Notes under the pieces: generated by a model
What the model was told of the DNA's origin: nothing
The model's input: only the letters and a program-made list of their open reading frames with translations
Databases searched by the model: none
Source: the human T2T-CHM13v2.0 reference genome, Homo sapiens
Assembly (NCBI RefSeq): GCF_009914755.1
Contig: NC_060928.1
DNA length: 64,000 bases
Strand: one strand, 5' to 3'
Shown: one piece after another, positions 14,013 to 27,317 of the stretch
Layout of the letters: the number at the start of each line of letters is the position of its first letter
How positions within the stretch are numbered: position 1 is the first letter of the stretch
Translations under genes and position numbers: made by a program

Positions 14013-16592
14013 TCCGTGCTGTGTCCCTCGGCTCTCTCCTATTCTCCTTGCGTGTCCCTCGGCTCTCTCCCATTCTCCTAGCGTGTCCCTCGGCTCTCTC
14101 CTATTCTCCTAGCGTGTCCCTCGGCTCTCTCCTATTCTCCTTGCGTGTCCCTCGGCTCTCTCCCATTCTCCTTGCGTGTCCCTCGGCTCTCTCCCATTCT
14201 CCGTGCCCTGTCCCTCGGCTCTCTCCCATTCTCTGTGCCGTGTCCCTCGGCTCTCTCCTATTCTCCGTGCCGTGTCCCTCGGCTCTCTCCCATTCTCCTT
14301 GCGTGTCCCTCGGCTCTCTCCCATTCTCCGTGCCCTGTCCCTCGGCTCTCTCCCATTCTCCGTGCCCTGTCCCTCGGCTCTCTCCCATTCTCCGTGCCGT
14401 GTCCCTCGGCTCTCTCCCATTCTCCGTGCCGTGTCCCTCGGCTCTCTCCCATTCTCCTTGCGTGTCCCTCGGCTCTCTCCCATTCTCCGTGCCCTGTCCC
14501 TCGGCTCTCTCCTATTCTCCGTGCCGTGTCCCTCGGCTCTCTCCCATTCTCCGTGCCGTGTCCCTCGGCTCTCTCCCATTCTCCTTGCGTGTCCCTCGGC
14601 TCTCTCCTATTCTCCTTGCGTGTCCCTCGGCTCTCTCCCATTCTCCGTGCCCTGTCCCTCGGCTCTCTCCTATTCTCCGTGCCGTGTCCCTCGGCTCTCT
14701 CCCATTCTCCGTGCCGTGTCCCTCGGCTCTCTCCCATTCTCCTTGCGTGTCCCTCGGCTCTCTCCCATTCTCCGTGCCCTGTCCCTCGGCTCTCTCCCAT
14801 TCTCCGTGCCCTGTCCCTCAGCTCTCTCCTATTCTCCGTGCCGTGTCCCTCGGCTCTCTCCCATTCTCCGTGCCGTGTCCCTCGGCTCTCTCCCATTCTC
14901 CGTGCCGTGTCCCTCGGCTCTCTCCCATTCTCCTTGCGTGTCCCTCGGCTCTCTCCCATTCTCCGTGCCCTGTCCCTCAGCTCTCTCCTATTCTCCGTGC
15001 CGTGTCCCTCGGCTCTCTCCTATTCTCTGTGCCGTGTCCCTCGGCTCTCTCCCATTCTCCGTGCCGTGTCCCTCGGCTCTCTCCTATTCTCTGTGCCCTG
15101 TCCCTCGGCTCTCTCCTATTCTCCGTGCCGTGTCCCTCGGCTCTCTCCCATTCTCCGTGCCGTGTCCCTCGGCTCTCTCCCATTCTCCTTGCGTGTCCCT
15201 CGGCTCTCTCCCATTCTCCGTGCCGTGTCCCTCGGCTCTCTCCCATTCTCCTTGCGTGTCCCTCGGCTCTCTCCTATTCTCCGTGCCCTGTCCCTCGGCT
15301 CTCTCCTATTCTCCGTGCCGTGTCCCTCGGCTCTCTCCCATTCTCTGTGCCCTGTCCCTCGGCTCTCTCCCATTCTCCGTGCCCTGTCCCTCGGCTCTCT
15401 CCTATTCTCCGTGCCGTGTCCCTCGGCTCTCTCCCATTCTCCTTGCGTGTCCCTCGGCTCTCTCCCATTCTCCGTGCCGTGTCCCTCGGCTCTCTCCCAT
15501 TCTCCGTGCCGTGTCCCTCGGCTCTCTCCCATTCTCCTTGCATGTCCCTCGGCTCTCTCCCATTCTCCGTGCCCTGTCCCTCGGCTCTCTCCCATTCTCC
15601 GTGCCGTGTCCCTCGGCTCTCTCCCATTCTCCGTGCCGTGTCCCTCGGCTCTCTCCCATTCTCCTTGCGTGTCCCTCGGCTCTCTCCCATTCTCCGTGCC
15701 CTGTCCCTCGGCTCTCTCCCATTCTCTGTGCCGTGTCCCTCGGCTCTCTCCCATTCTCCTTGCGTGTCCCTCGGCTCTCTCCCATTCTCCGTGCCCTGTC
15801 CCTCGGCTCTCTCCCATTCTCCGTGCCCTGTCCCTCGGCTCTCTCCCATTCTCCTTGCGTGTCCCTCGGCTCTCTCCCATTCTCCGTGCCGTGTCCCTCG
15901 GCTCTCTCCCATTCTCCGTGCCGTGTCCCTCGGCTCTCTCCCATTCTCCGTGCCCTGTCCCTCGGCTCTCTCCTATTCTCCGTGCCGTGTCCCTCGGCTC
16001 TCTCCCATTCTCCGTGCCGTGTCCCTCGGCTCTCTCCCATTCTCCGTGCCGTGTCCCTCGGCTCTCTCCCATTCTCTGTGCCGTGTCCCTCGGCTCTCTC
16101 CCATTCTCCGTGCCCTGTCCCTCGGCTCTCTCCTATTCTCTGTGCCGTGTCCCTCGGCTCTCTCCTATTCTCTGTCCTGTGTCCCTCGGCTCTCTCCTAT
16201 TCTCTGTGCCGTGTCCCTCGGCTCTCTCCCATTCTCCGTGCCCTGTCCCTCGGCTCTCTCCTATTCTCCTTGCGTGTCCCTCGGCTCTCTCCCATTCTCC
16301 GTGCCCTGTCCCTCGGCTCTCTCCCATTCTCCGTGCCGTGTCCCTCGGCTCTCTCCCATTCTCCGTGCCCTGTCCCTCGGCTCTCTCCCATTCTCCGTGC
16401 CGTGTCCCTCGGCTCTCTCCCATTCTCTGTGCCGTGTCCCTCGGCTCTCTCCTATTCTCTGTGCCGTGTCCCTCGGCTCTCTCCTATTCTCCTTGCATGT
16501 CCCTCGGTTCTCTCCTATTTTCATATTCTCCGTCCTGTGTCCCTCAGCTCTTTCATGTTTTCCATGCTGTGTCCCTCAGCTCTCTCCTATTT
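14013..16592. repeat. Large GC-rich minisatellite, 31/32-bp unit, ~80 copies
   Basis: Units gtgtccctcggctctctcccattctccgtgcc (32) and ...ctccttgc (31) interspersed; degenerate right end. Confidence 0.98.
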
Positions 16593-17832
16593 TGGTTGAC
16601 AAGAATAGCATTAGATTAATTTTCAGCTTTCAAAAAAAAGAGACAAACTTAAAATTTTTTAATATACCTCTTATAATTCTCAAAAACTACATTTTTTAAA
16701 AAATGTGCCTCTGGAATCAAATGATTTAAAAGTCTAATTTTTACACTTTTAGTAAATAAAACTAGTAAAGAAATGTACTCTTCTGTGGTCTTTAAAACTC
16801 CTCTTAGCAAGCTATTTTTATAAATAGGCTGTCCTGACTAATGATTCTTGGGCTATAAGGTGGCGTGCCCACCTCCCTCCCATTCAGTTCTTGGGCACCT
16901 TGTCTCTGATGAGAAGATCAATAATAATTAGGAGATGATTTTTAAGTTTACTTAAGTGCACTGCAATTCCTCTGGCTTCTTTACATAACTGTGAATGATG
17001 GTGACCCTGAGACAGGACGCTGGGGTTCACTAGGAGAAGTGACACCTGCCGTATAGTCACACATGCCCGCCCTACCCCAGTTTCATGCAGTGCTATCACA
17101 ATGGCTGTGAGGGGGTGTATATCCTTAATTCCAGACCACAACTACTAGCAAAGCGACTGGGGGTCCACAGTCATGCAGGGGAAAGCACAGGACTTGGAGA
17201 AGTGGTGGCCAAATGACTAACTCAAGGCTGGTGGCCCACAAATCTGTCTTCAAATCCATGACAGGGACCCTTAAGGGGAAGAGAAAAGACAATTGTCAAT
17301 GAGAGTTGTATGCCTATCCCCCAGCACCCTGTGGACTTGCTGAGAACAAGGGCCTTGTTTTCCTCGCCCTTTGTGGCTGACACGGTGCTGGACACAGCTG
17401 CAGCCTATAACTTAGGGTGATTCGATCAACGATCTTGTCTACAGTGGGAGATAGCTGGGAGCAGTGGTGAAATAAGAACATGAAAAGGAAGGTTTTGTTA
17501 GCAGAGAAAGGTATGGAAGACAGGCCTTAATGGGAATAACAACAGGAGATTGCTGATATCTGAGGGATTGATGGGAGTGACAAGAAAAAAGAAGTAAACA
17601 AGCGGAGTCATGGGAAAGGCACCAAGGACAGGTTTCTTAAAAAGAGCTCTGAAGCTCACCAGTAGCAACAAAATGGTGGCATATTAAAAGCTGAGACAGT
17701 TTCAACCAAGGGGGTGTTTAATCATCATATATGGGAAGTGCTAGAATAGTTTCTGGTGGGGAATCCATTTTTTAGTTCAAAATTGATGTTGACCTCTGAA
17801 CATCTAGTCCCAATCAACAACCCTTGAAGCTT

Positions 17833-19665
17833 CAGCAGACACTATGTCAAAGGCTGCTTAGAGAAGACATCCAGGAGACACTATGTCAGAGGCTGCTCAG
17901 AGAAGACACCCAGCAGACACTATGTCAGAGGATGTTCAGAGGAGACACCCAGCAGACACTATGTCAGAGGCTGTTCAGAGAAGACACCCAGGAGACACTA
18001 TGTCAGAGGCTGTTCAGAGGAGACACCCAGCAGACACTATGTCAGAGCCTGTTCAGAGGAGACACCCAGCAGACACTATGTCAGAGGCTGTTCAGAGAAG
18101 ACACCCAGGAGACACTATGTCAGAGGCTGTTCAGAGGAGACACCCAGCAGACACTATGTCAGAGCCTGCTCAGAGGAGACACCCAGCAGACACTATGTCA
18201 GAGGCTGCTCAGAGAAGACACCCAGCAGACACTACGTCAGAGGCTGCTCAGAGGAGACACCCAGCAGACACTATGTCAGAGCCTGTTCAGAGGAGACACC
18301 CAGCAGACACTATGTCAGAGGCTGCTCAGAGAAGACACCCAGCAGACACTATGTCAGAGGCTGTTCAGAGGAGACACCCAGCAGACACTATGTCAGAGGC
18401 TGCTCAGAGAAGACACCCAGCAGACACTATGTCAGAGGCTGTTCAGAGAAGGGACCCAGCAGACACTATGTCAGAGGCTGTTCAGAGAAGGGACCCAGCA
18501 GACACTATGTCAGAGGCTGTTCAGAGAAGACACCCAGCAGACACTATGTCAGAGGCTGCTCAGAGAAGGGACCCAGCAGACACTATGTCAGAGGCTGCTC
18601 AGAGAAGAGACCCAGCAGACACTATATCAGAGGCTGCTCAGAGAAGGGACCCAGCAGACACTATGTCAGAGGCTGCTCAGAGAAGGGACCCAGCAGACAC
18701 TATGTCAGAGGCTGCTCAGAGAAGACACCCAGCAGACACTACGTCAGAGGCTGCTCAGAGAAGACACCCAGCAGACACTACGTCAGAGGCTGTTCAGAGG
18801 AGACACCCAGCAGACCCTATGTCAGAGGCTGCTCAGAGAAGAGACCTAGCAGACACTATGTCAGAGGCTGCTCAGAGAAGAGACCCAGAAGACACTATGT
18901 CAGAGGTTGCTTAGAGAAGGGACCCAGCAGACGCTATGTCAGAAGCTGCTCAGAGGAGACACCCAGCAGACACTATGTGAGAGGCTGTTCAGAGAAGACA
19001 CCCAGCAGACACTATGTCAGAGGCTGCTCAGAGAAGACACCCAGCAGACACTATGTCAGAGGCTGCTCAGAGAAGACACCCAGCAGACACTATGTCAGAG
19101 GCTGCTCAGAGAAGACACCCAGCAGACACTATGTCAGAGGCTGCTCAGAGGAGACACCCAGCAGACACTATGTCAGAGGCTGTTCAGAGGAGACACCCAG
19201 CAGACACTATGTCAGAGGCTGTTTAGAGAAGACACCCAGCAGACACTATGTCAGAGGCTGTTCAGAGGAGACACCCAGCAGACACCATGTCAGAGGCTGT
19301 TTAGAGAAGACACCCAGCAGACACTATGTCAGAGGCTGTTCAGAGGAGACACCCAGCAGACACTATGTCAGAGGCTGTTTAGAGAAGACACCCAGCAGAC
19401 ACTATGTCAGAGGCTGTTCAGAGGAGACACCCAGCAGACACTATGTCAGAGGCTGTTTAGAGAAGACACCCAGCAGACACCATGTCAGAGGCTGTTTAGA
19501 GAAGACACCCAGCAGACACTATGTCAGAGGCTGTTCAGAGGAGACACCCAGCAGACACTATGTCAGAGGCTGTTTAGAGAAGACACCCAGCAGACACTAT
19601 GTCAGAGGCTGCTTAGGCAAGAGACCCAGCAGACACTATTTCAGAGGCTGTGTAGGGAAGACACA
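17833..19665. repeat. Minisatellite, 39-bp unit, ~47 copies
   Basis: Unit cagcagacactatgtcagaggctgttcagaggagacacc; exact 39-bp period. Confidence 0.98.
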
Positions 19666-19773
19666 CAGCCGGAAGGGTTTGGTTATTGACAAGATAAAAT
19701 GACCAACCTGTGTTTTTAGGATGCATTGTATGAAATCACCTTCCTTAGAAATATTTGATAAAATATGCCATCT

Positions 19774-20081
19774 TTTATGCTGAGCAAAAGATATCAGACA
19801 CAAATGAATACATATTGTGTGATTCCACTTATATGAAGTTTGAAAACCAGCAAAACCAATCTATAGGGACACAGAGCAATTGGTGGTTTTCTGGGGCTGA
19901 AAAATTACTGGTGAAGACTGACTGACAAGGGGCAAGAGGGAACTTCTAGAGTTACAGAAATGTTCTACACCTTGGGTACACCAACACATACATTTGTCAA
20001 AACACACTGTACTTGATCTTTAAAATGTAGGCCTTTTGTTGTATATAAATTATATACCTCTTAAGTTGATTTTAAAAAAAA
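19774..20081 (+). mobile_element. Old L1 3' end (L1MC/L1ME-type)
   Basis: tatgctgagcaaaaga..atacatattgtgtgattccacttatatga..atttgtcaaaac..aaattatatacctc followed by an A tail. Confidence 0.8.
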
Positions 20082-20854
20082 CTGTCTTTACTTAAATTTA
20101 GACTTTGAAACCCTTCAGAAAGTCCTAAAAATTCTGTACAATTAGTATTGAACACTAGGATACACATGGGCAACCAATCCTAGACAGCTCAGCACAGGAC
20201 AAACAGAAAGGTCATCCTGCAACATGCAATCTAGATGACGAAGAAAGAGAACTCAAATGAGACACCTCAGAGACCTCTGTTCTCCAGTTCTGGCTCTGAT
20301 TTTCATGAATTACAAAGTAAGGAAGATTCAGAGTTAATAGCATAGCCACAATGTAAAATATATTTAGTTTGTTGAATATTAACATTTTACCATAACTATA
20401 ATGTACATTTAGTTTGTTGATCATTAATGTTTGTTTCCTGTATGAAAAAAATGTATGCATATATAATTCTCGTTCTACATCTAGGTTCATTCATTCTATC
20501 TACTAATCCTTTTATGGCCTTTTAAAAGCTGGTTAAGGAATTTATAAGATGACTGTCTAGACCAGAGGAACTCAACTGACAATGGAAGTGATGATTCTGG
20601 CAGCTAAGCTGGGTAGATCTTACTCTTTACAGACTGGTGTTTCAAAAGGTCTTGCTCCTGTCGAGGGGTGAGTTACTTCACCTCTAGTACAAGCCCAAGG
20701 TATCCTAAACCAAACAGCACTAACAGGGCCCACCCGTCTCTGGGCAGCAAAATATTTTTGTTTGTTGGTGTTGCTATTTTTGTTTATAAATGTGTCGATT
20801 TTGTCTAATCTGTAGACCATTCTTTACTGAACATGAGGAACAAGGCATCTTTCA

Positions 20855-21056
20855 GATGTAGCAGAGTTCAGTGCAAAAGCACTGAGCTGACTAATAATTT
20901 GGAGACTTGGGTTCCAATACTGGTTCATCATTAACCAGAGGCATTGCTTCAGGCAAGTCAAGGGACCTCTTTAGATCTAATCTATAAACTAGGGGAAAAA
21001 GAATAAATGAAATATAAGAAAAGATTCCTTTAGCTATAAAAGTTTATGATTCTATA
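20855..21056 (+). mobile_element. MIR (MIR3-like)
   Basis: ggagacttgggttcc..ggcaagtca..ttcctttagctataaaagtttatgattctat. Confidence 0.65.
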
Positions 21057-22166
21057 TGTCAAAACCACCAGAAAATCTTAGACCTCACCTGGAACTTTAA
21101 AGACCAGAGTTCCCTACGAAGGGATTCAGGACCCTTCAGGACACATATAAACTCACAACAATGGACCTCATATGCCTGGAGGCTTAATTGACCTAGGTTG
21201 TTGCAAACGACCAAGCTTCTTTCTCTTATAAGGCTGAATAGAATTTCATTGTATGTGTATAGACCATGTTTTATTTATCCAATCATCTGATGGTCACTTA
21301 AGTTGATACCGTAACTTGGCTATTGTGAACAGAGCTGCAATGAACACGGGAGTGCAGACATCTCTCTGGCATAGATATGGGTTTTGTGTCAATACACACA
21401 AGCGGGATTGCCAGGTCATATGGTAATTCTATTTTTAGTTTTTTGAGGAACCTCCATACAGTTTTCCATAAAAGTTGTACTAATTTACATTCCCAAGAAC
21501 AGAGTACAAAAGTTCTCTTTTCTCCACATTCTCACCAAAACTTTTTAATCCCTTCTCTCTTTTTTTTTAAATAGCCATGTTGAGAGGTGTGAGGTGCTGT
21601 CTCATTGTGGTTTTAACTTGCATTTCCCTAATGATTAGTGATATTGAGTTTTTTCTTTTTACATATATTTGTAGGTAATTTGTATATCTTCTCCTGAAAA
21701 ATGTTTATTCAGGTCCTATGCCCATTTTTTAAATTAGTCTTATTTGTTTTCTAGAGTTGTTTGAGTTCCGCATGCATTTTGGATATTAGCTTCTTATCAG
21801 ATATGTGGCTTGCAAATATTTTCTCCTAATTTGTAGGTTGTTTCTGTTGTTTCCTTTGTTATACAGAAGCTTTCATATTTCATGAAATCCCATTCATCTC
21901 TTTTTGCTTTTGTTGCCTGTGGTTGTAGAGTAAAATTGAAAATGTAATTGCCCAAACCAATTTCATGTAGTTTTCTCCCTATGTTTTTTTCTAGTAGTTT
22001 TACAGTTTCAGATTTTATGCTTAAGTCTTCGACCCATTTTGAGTTAATTTTTTCACATGATATGAGAAAAGGTTTCAATTTAATTCTTCTATATATAGAT
22101 ATCCAATTTTCTCAAAAACATTTATTAAAGATATCCATTTTATATTGTGTATTCTTGGCACACTTA

Positions 22167-22429
22167 CGATCTTTTGTAATTTAGTTTTATAATTGATCCT
22201 TTGCAGAACCTGGAGAGGTGCTTGTGGTTTTGACTTGGCTGATTGCCTATTTAGAGTACAATTCAGTATGTTCTTCCAAACTCTGCTTCTGCTGCAAATT
22301 GTTAACTGAATCCAGAGGTTTATTTGACAAGACTATACCTGCTAGCATGTTCTCCCATCAGGAATCACATACTATCTAGTTGACTCTATCTCTTTTATGT
22401 TGGCAGTCTTTAATGCTCAATGCCTAGAT
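22167..22429 (-). mobile_element. L1MC-type 3' UTR fragment (part of a foreign insert)
   Basis: tgcaaattg..atccagagg..gacaagactata..catcaggaatcacat..aatgctcaatgcctagatc. Confidence 0.6.
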
Positions 22430-22535
22430 CAGGGGTCAGTAAACTCCAGCCACTGGCCAAATTCTGACAATCAACTGTTTTATTTGTCCTATGAATGCAG
22501 CCAGACTCATTTATTTAATAATTATCTATGGATGC
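22430..22535 (+). mobile_element. MER58A fragment (hAT-Charlie), truncated
   Basis: caggggtcagtaaact..ggccaaattctg..cagccagactcatttattt..tatctatgg. Confidence 0.7.
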
Positions 22536-22940
22536 CTTATTGAAAATCAATTGTTCATACATGTGTTGGTTCCTTTCTTGGCTCTCTATCCTAATCCATT
22601 CATTGATGTGTCTGTTTTTCTTTTTTTGTTTGTTTTTTGATGTGTTTATTTTTATGGCAGCACTAAGCTGATGTAGTAGTATAGTTTGAAATGAGTAGTG
22701 TGATGCTTACAGCTTTGTTCTTTTTGCCCACGATTGCCTTGGCTATTCAAGGTTTTTTGCAATTCCATGTGAATTTTAGTTGTCTTTTTATTTCTGTGAA
22801 AATGGCATTGAAGTTTTGAAAGAGATTATATTGAATTTGCATATTGCTTTTGGTAGTATGTACATTTTAGCAATATTAATTCTTCCAATTCACAAGCATG
22901 GGATATCTTTTTCCATCTCTTCACTTTTAGTCTATATGTG

Positions 22941-23012
22941 ATATATATATATATTTATTATACTTTAAGTTCTAGAGCACATGCGCACAACGTGCAGGTT
23001 TGTTACGCATGC
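22941..23012 (-). mobile_element. 72-bp L1PA 3' end nested in the L1M
   Basis: tttattatactttaagttctag..cacaacgtgcaggtttgttac; TSD ctatatgtg at 22932-22940 and 23013-23021. Confidence 0.85.
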
Positions 23013-25296
23013 CTATATGTGTTTTTAAAAGTAAGATGAGTATCTTGTAGGTAGCATATAACTGGGTCTTGTTTTTAATCCATTCAGCCACTCTGTCTTT
23101 TTATTGGAGCATTTACATTCAAGGTAATTATGAATGTTAAGGACTTACTACCTCCATTTTGTGAATTGGTTTCTGATTGTTTTGTAGATACTTTGTTTCC
23201 ATCTTCCTTTCTTTCTGTCTTCTTTTGTGGCTTGATGATTTTCTTTAGTGGTATACTTTGAATTCTTTCTATTTTTGTTTTGTGTGTCTACTGTAGATTT
23301 TTGCTTTGTGATTAGTATGAAGCTTACATAAAACATTTTACAAGTGTAACAGTCTATTTTGACAGTTCATATAATTGTTATGCTATAACAGTTGTAGGTA
23401 GTCAAAGTCACACAACTCTCCACTGTTATCTCCCTGATATTTTACGTTTTTGATGTACGAATTTACATTTTATAATATCTATCCCTTGAAAATGTATTTA
23501 GCTAAGTTTTATTAATAATTTTGTCTTTTAACCCCCATACTAGGAATAAAATTGCCTTACACATCATCATTACAGTCCTAGAGCATTCCACATATGATTC
23601 TTTATTATGCCATTGAGTTTTGTGCATTTGTACATTTTCTGTTAATAATTATTGGCCTTTTATTTCAGCTTAAGAAACTCCCTTTAGCAATTCCTGTAAG
23701 GCAGGCCCAGTGATGATGACCTCCTTTGGCTTTGGTTTGTCTGGGAAAATTTTTATTTCTTCCTCATTTCACAAAGACGGATTTTCTGAGTAAAATATTC
23801 TTGGTTGGCTATTTTTATTTTCCTTCAACATTTTGAATCTATCATCCCATTATCTCCTGGCCTTCAGGGTTTCCATTGAAAAATCTGGTGAGAGTCTATT
23901 GAGACTATTCTAGGTGCTGTGTGGCTTTTTATCTCTTGCCACTCTCAGAATTTTTTCTTTGTCTTTTATTTGTGATAGTTTATTATGTGTCTTGGTAAAC
24001 TCCTCTCTGGGTTGAATTTGACTGGAGACCTCTGTGCTTCCTATACCTTGATATTGGTATATATCCTCATATTAGGAAAATTCTCAGCCATTATTTTTTA
24101 AATATGCTTTCTTACCCTTTTTTGTCTTTCTTCTCTTTCTGGAATTTATATTATGTGTATATTCAGTCTCTTGAGGGTGGCACATATTTCTGCAGGCTTT
24201 CTTCATTCTTAAATTTATTTTTTTTAATTTTTGCTACTCTGATTGGATAATATCAAATGTTCTATCTTCCAGTTCACTGATTCTTCTTTTAGCTTGATCA
24301 AACCTGCTGTGGGAGCTTTCAGTTGCATCTTTTCAGTTCAGTCATTGTATTCTTCAACTCTTGAATTTCTGTTGGTTTTTAAGAATTATTTCTATTTCAT
24401 CGAAGTTCTCATTTTGTTCATGTATTGTTTTCCAAATTTCATTTAATTTTCTATCCCTATATTATTGTAGTTCATGATCTTCTTTAAGAGGATTTTTCTA
24501 AACTCATTGTCTGTCATTTTATAAATTGTCCTTTCCTTGGGGTTCATTGTTAAATCTATTTTAGTTGATTTTTCTTTTTAGGGGTGTCATGATTTCCTGA
24601 GTCTTTGTTACCCTTGTAAGGACGTTATCCTTCTATCCTTACATTAGTGTCTGCATATTTGAGGTGATAGCCACCTTTTCCAGTTTTTGCAGGTATTCTT
24701 TGGCAGGAATAATTGTCACAGTTTAGTGTAGCCTGTGGTTCTGAACACATCAGCTCATAACAACCCTGAATATGTAGAGCTTATTTGGGGGTTCTTTCAT
24801 TGATGGTGTGCTGCCTTTTCTGTGAGTTTGAATGGGGCAGCTGGCTGGGATCTGCTACCCAAGCAAGAGCTCAGCAAGACCACTAAGCTGAACTCTCCAG
24901 TGAGGATGGACTGCTGGATGGGCACTGCAATTTGCCTCTGATTAGACTGGGCCATGAAGTGTAGTATTCTCTGGCCAGTTGGTACCTCAATTTAAAGTCA
25001 GCAGTTAAACAGGGTTGCAGAAAGCACTCTGAGGTTAGGTGGAGTCACTGACTAGGATGGATGGGACCAGCTACTATGCTCGGTAAAAATGCACAGTTGA
25101 GGTTTGCCTACCTGCTTAAGTGAGGTCTTGGGGTGGGCTTTGAGACTAGGCTGAGCATTATTTAAACTCCTGGGTGTGCTAGGTCAAGTCCTAGCTCTTT
25201 GCTGAAATTTGCTGCGGTGGTTGTCCCCTTCCTTGGGTGGGATATGTGTGTGGGCTTTGAGGCCATGCAAAGTACTATTTAAACACTCCTCGGTGT

Positions 25297-25600
<304 letters not shown>

Positions 25601-27317
25601 AAACTCCTGAGTGTGACAACACTAGCCCTGGATCTTTGCCAAAATTTGCTGTAGTGGTTATCTCCCTCCCTGGACATGTTCTCAGGGTAGGGTCTGAGGC
25701 TGGTCATCTAAGGATTCAAGCCAGGTAGAACTTCCCACCGCTTCTGAGGGTGACCAGCTCAGATTTGCAGGTGGGTATGGTGTTAGCTGGTACTATTGAT
25801 TGGGTGCTACTGCTGGCAGGTGTGCAGAGCTACAGCCAGGATCTGTCTGCTTGTCACTGTGGACTCTGCCTCCTCGCTTTGCTTCTATCTCACCCAAGGT
25901 GGTCTAGCCATGCCATTTCCCCTCTGTTCCTCCTGAGGTGAGACCAGAGTGGGCTTCCTGGGAAGCATCTCAGAATGCTAGGGAAGCTTCATGTCTGCCT
26001 CTGATTCTCCTTTTGCTCTGTAGGAACTGTAGTTTCTGGGGAATTCCATCTGCGAGGTGCTGTGCTGACTTAGGGGAGGAGGAGGAGAGACATGGTCAAC
26101 ATGGGATTGTTTTTCTTACCCTTTAATGTAGTGTTTATTCCTTTCTGGACCACACAGCTGACTCTGGCTTATTCCCACATGTTAGGGTTTTCACCAAGGT
26201 ATTCTTGTCTGCAGGTGTTTGCTAGCTGAACTTTCTGTGTGTGGCAGGCGGCAGGAGATGGTAGTGAAGCCAGGGTCCTCTTATTCTGCCATCTTGCTGA
26301 CATCACTCCAAATCACAATTATCAATTTTGCTGAATGCAAGTTACAACTGTAAAAACATTTCCAGAATTTTGAGAGCACATAACATTATTAGACCATCTA
26401 ACGGATTTAAGGACCATCCACAGTATTCCATAAGCAATAGATCAAAATGTCATTTTAGCAAAGTGGCATTTCCACGTGGGGTCGCCTATGTGTTTTCTTA
26501 CTTTCTTCAACACTGTTGCAAAGTTTACCTACTAAATGAGGTTAGCTAGAATGAGTTCTTTTTTTAATGGAGTGGCAAACATAGTAGCTGTTTCTTCCAT
26601 TATATTCTCTCATAACTCTTTGGGCCCTGGGGCCACAATTATTTGTGACATGTTTGGATTTATAGAATTGTACTCTTCATAATTTAACTGTCTCAGGGCA
26701 CAAGCACAGAGAACGCAGTCAGGAAATAAACATAGTCTAAAAGATGAATTTGTGATCTGCTCTGAGGGTCAGTAAGCTAGCCCTCTGCCAAACCAAGGCA
26801 GGTAGAGAATTCCGTGATGAGGCCTGAAGAACCACATACCAGAAGAAATTTTGTACATTGTTACCTCGAAGATCCCAAATGACCCTAAATATTGCCTGTA
26901 ATTCAGCACGAAATGACAAGTTTATGCTAATTTTTTAAAGAAAGCACATGCTTTAGAATACGTTTAGTGAATGTTTCTGCTCTCTTGGTATAAACAGAGT
27001 ACTGAGTTTGAACACTGAACCAACCTAGTCATTAAGCATTTCAGCAGTACCTGCTATAAGTAACCGGTGAAATAACACTGACTGTACTAACATATGACAT
27101 TTCAAGTGTATTTCAAGGTGTGGCTCTGCTTGAATGACAGGTGATTGCTCTTTTAACACTGTGGCATTTATTACTAACCTGTCAGAAAGCTGCTTAAATA
27201 AGAATGATTGGAGCAGCATGTCTAACACTCTGGCCTTAATATAAAAACAACTTGAAAATAGGCATTTCTCTTTTTGTATCCATCCTTCTAATTACAAGCC
27301 TAAAAAGGTGTTTTCCT

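Noticed and set aside
14021-16699. 800-890 aa ORFs as protein-coding genes
   Set aside because: They result from an A-poor tandem repeat; all three frames are open, starts are non-ATG, and there is no splice or promoter support
17824-19702. 13-aa repeat ORFs as a repeat protein
   Set aside because: A 39-bp unit preserves frame automatically; several frames are open and there is no non-repeat coding context
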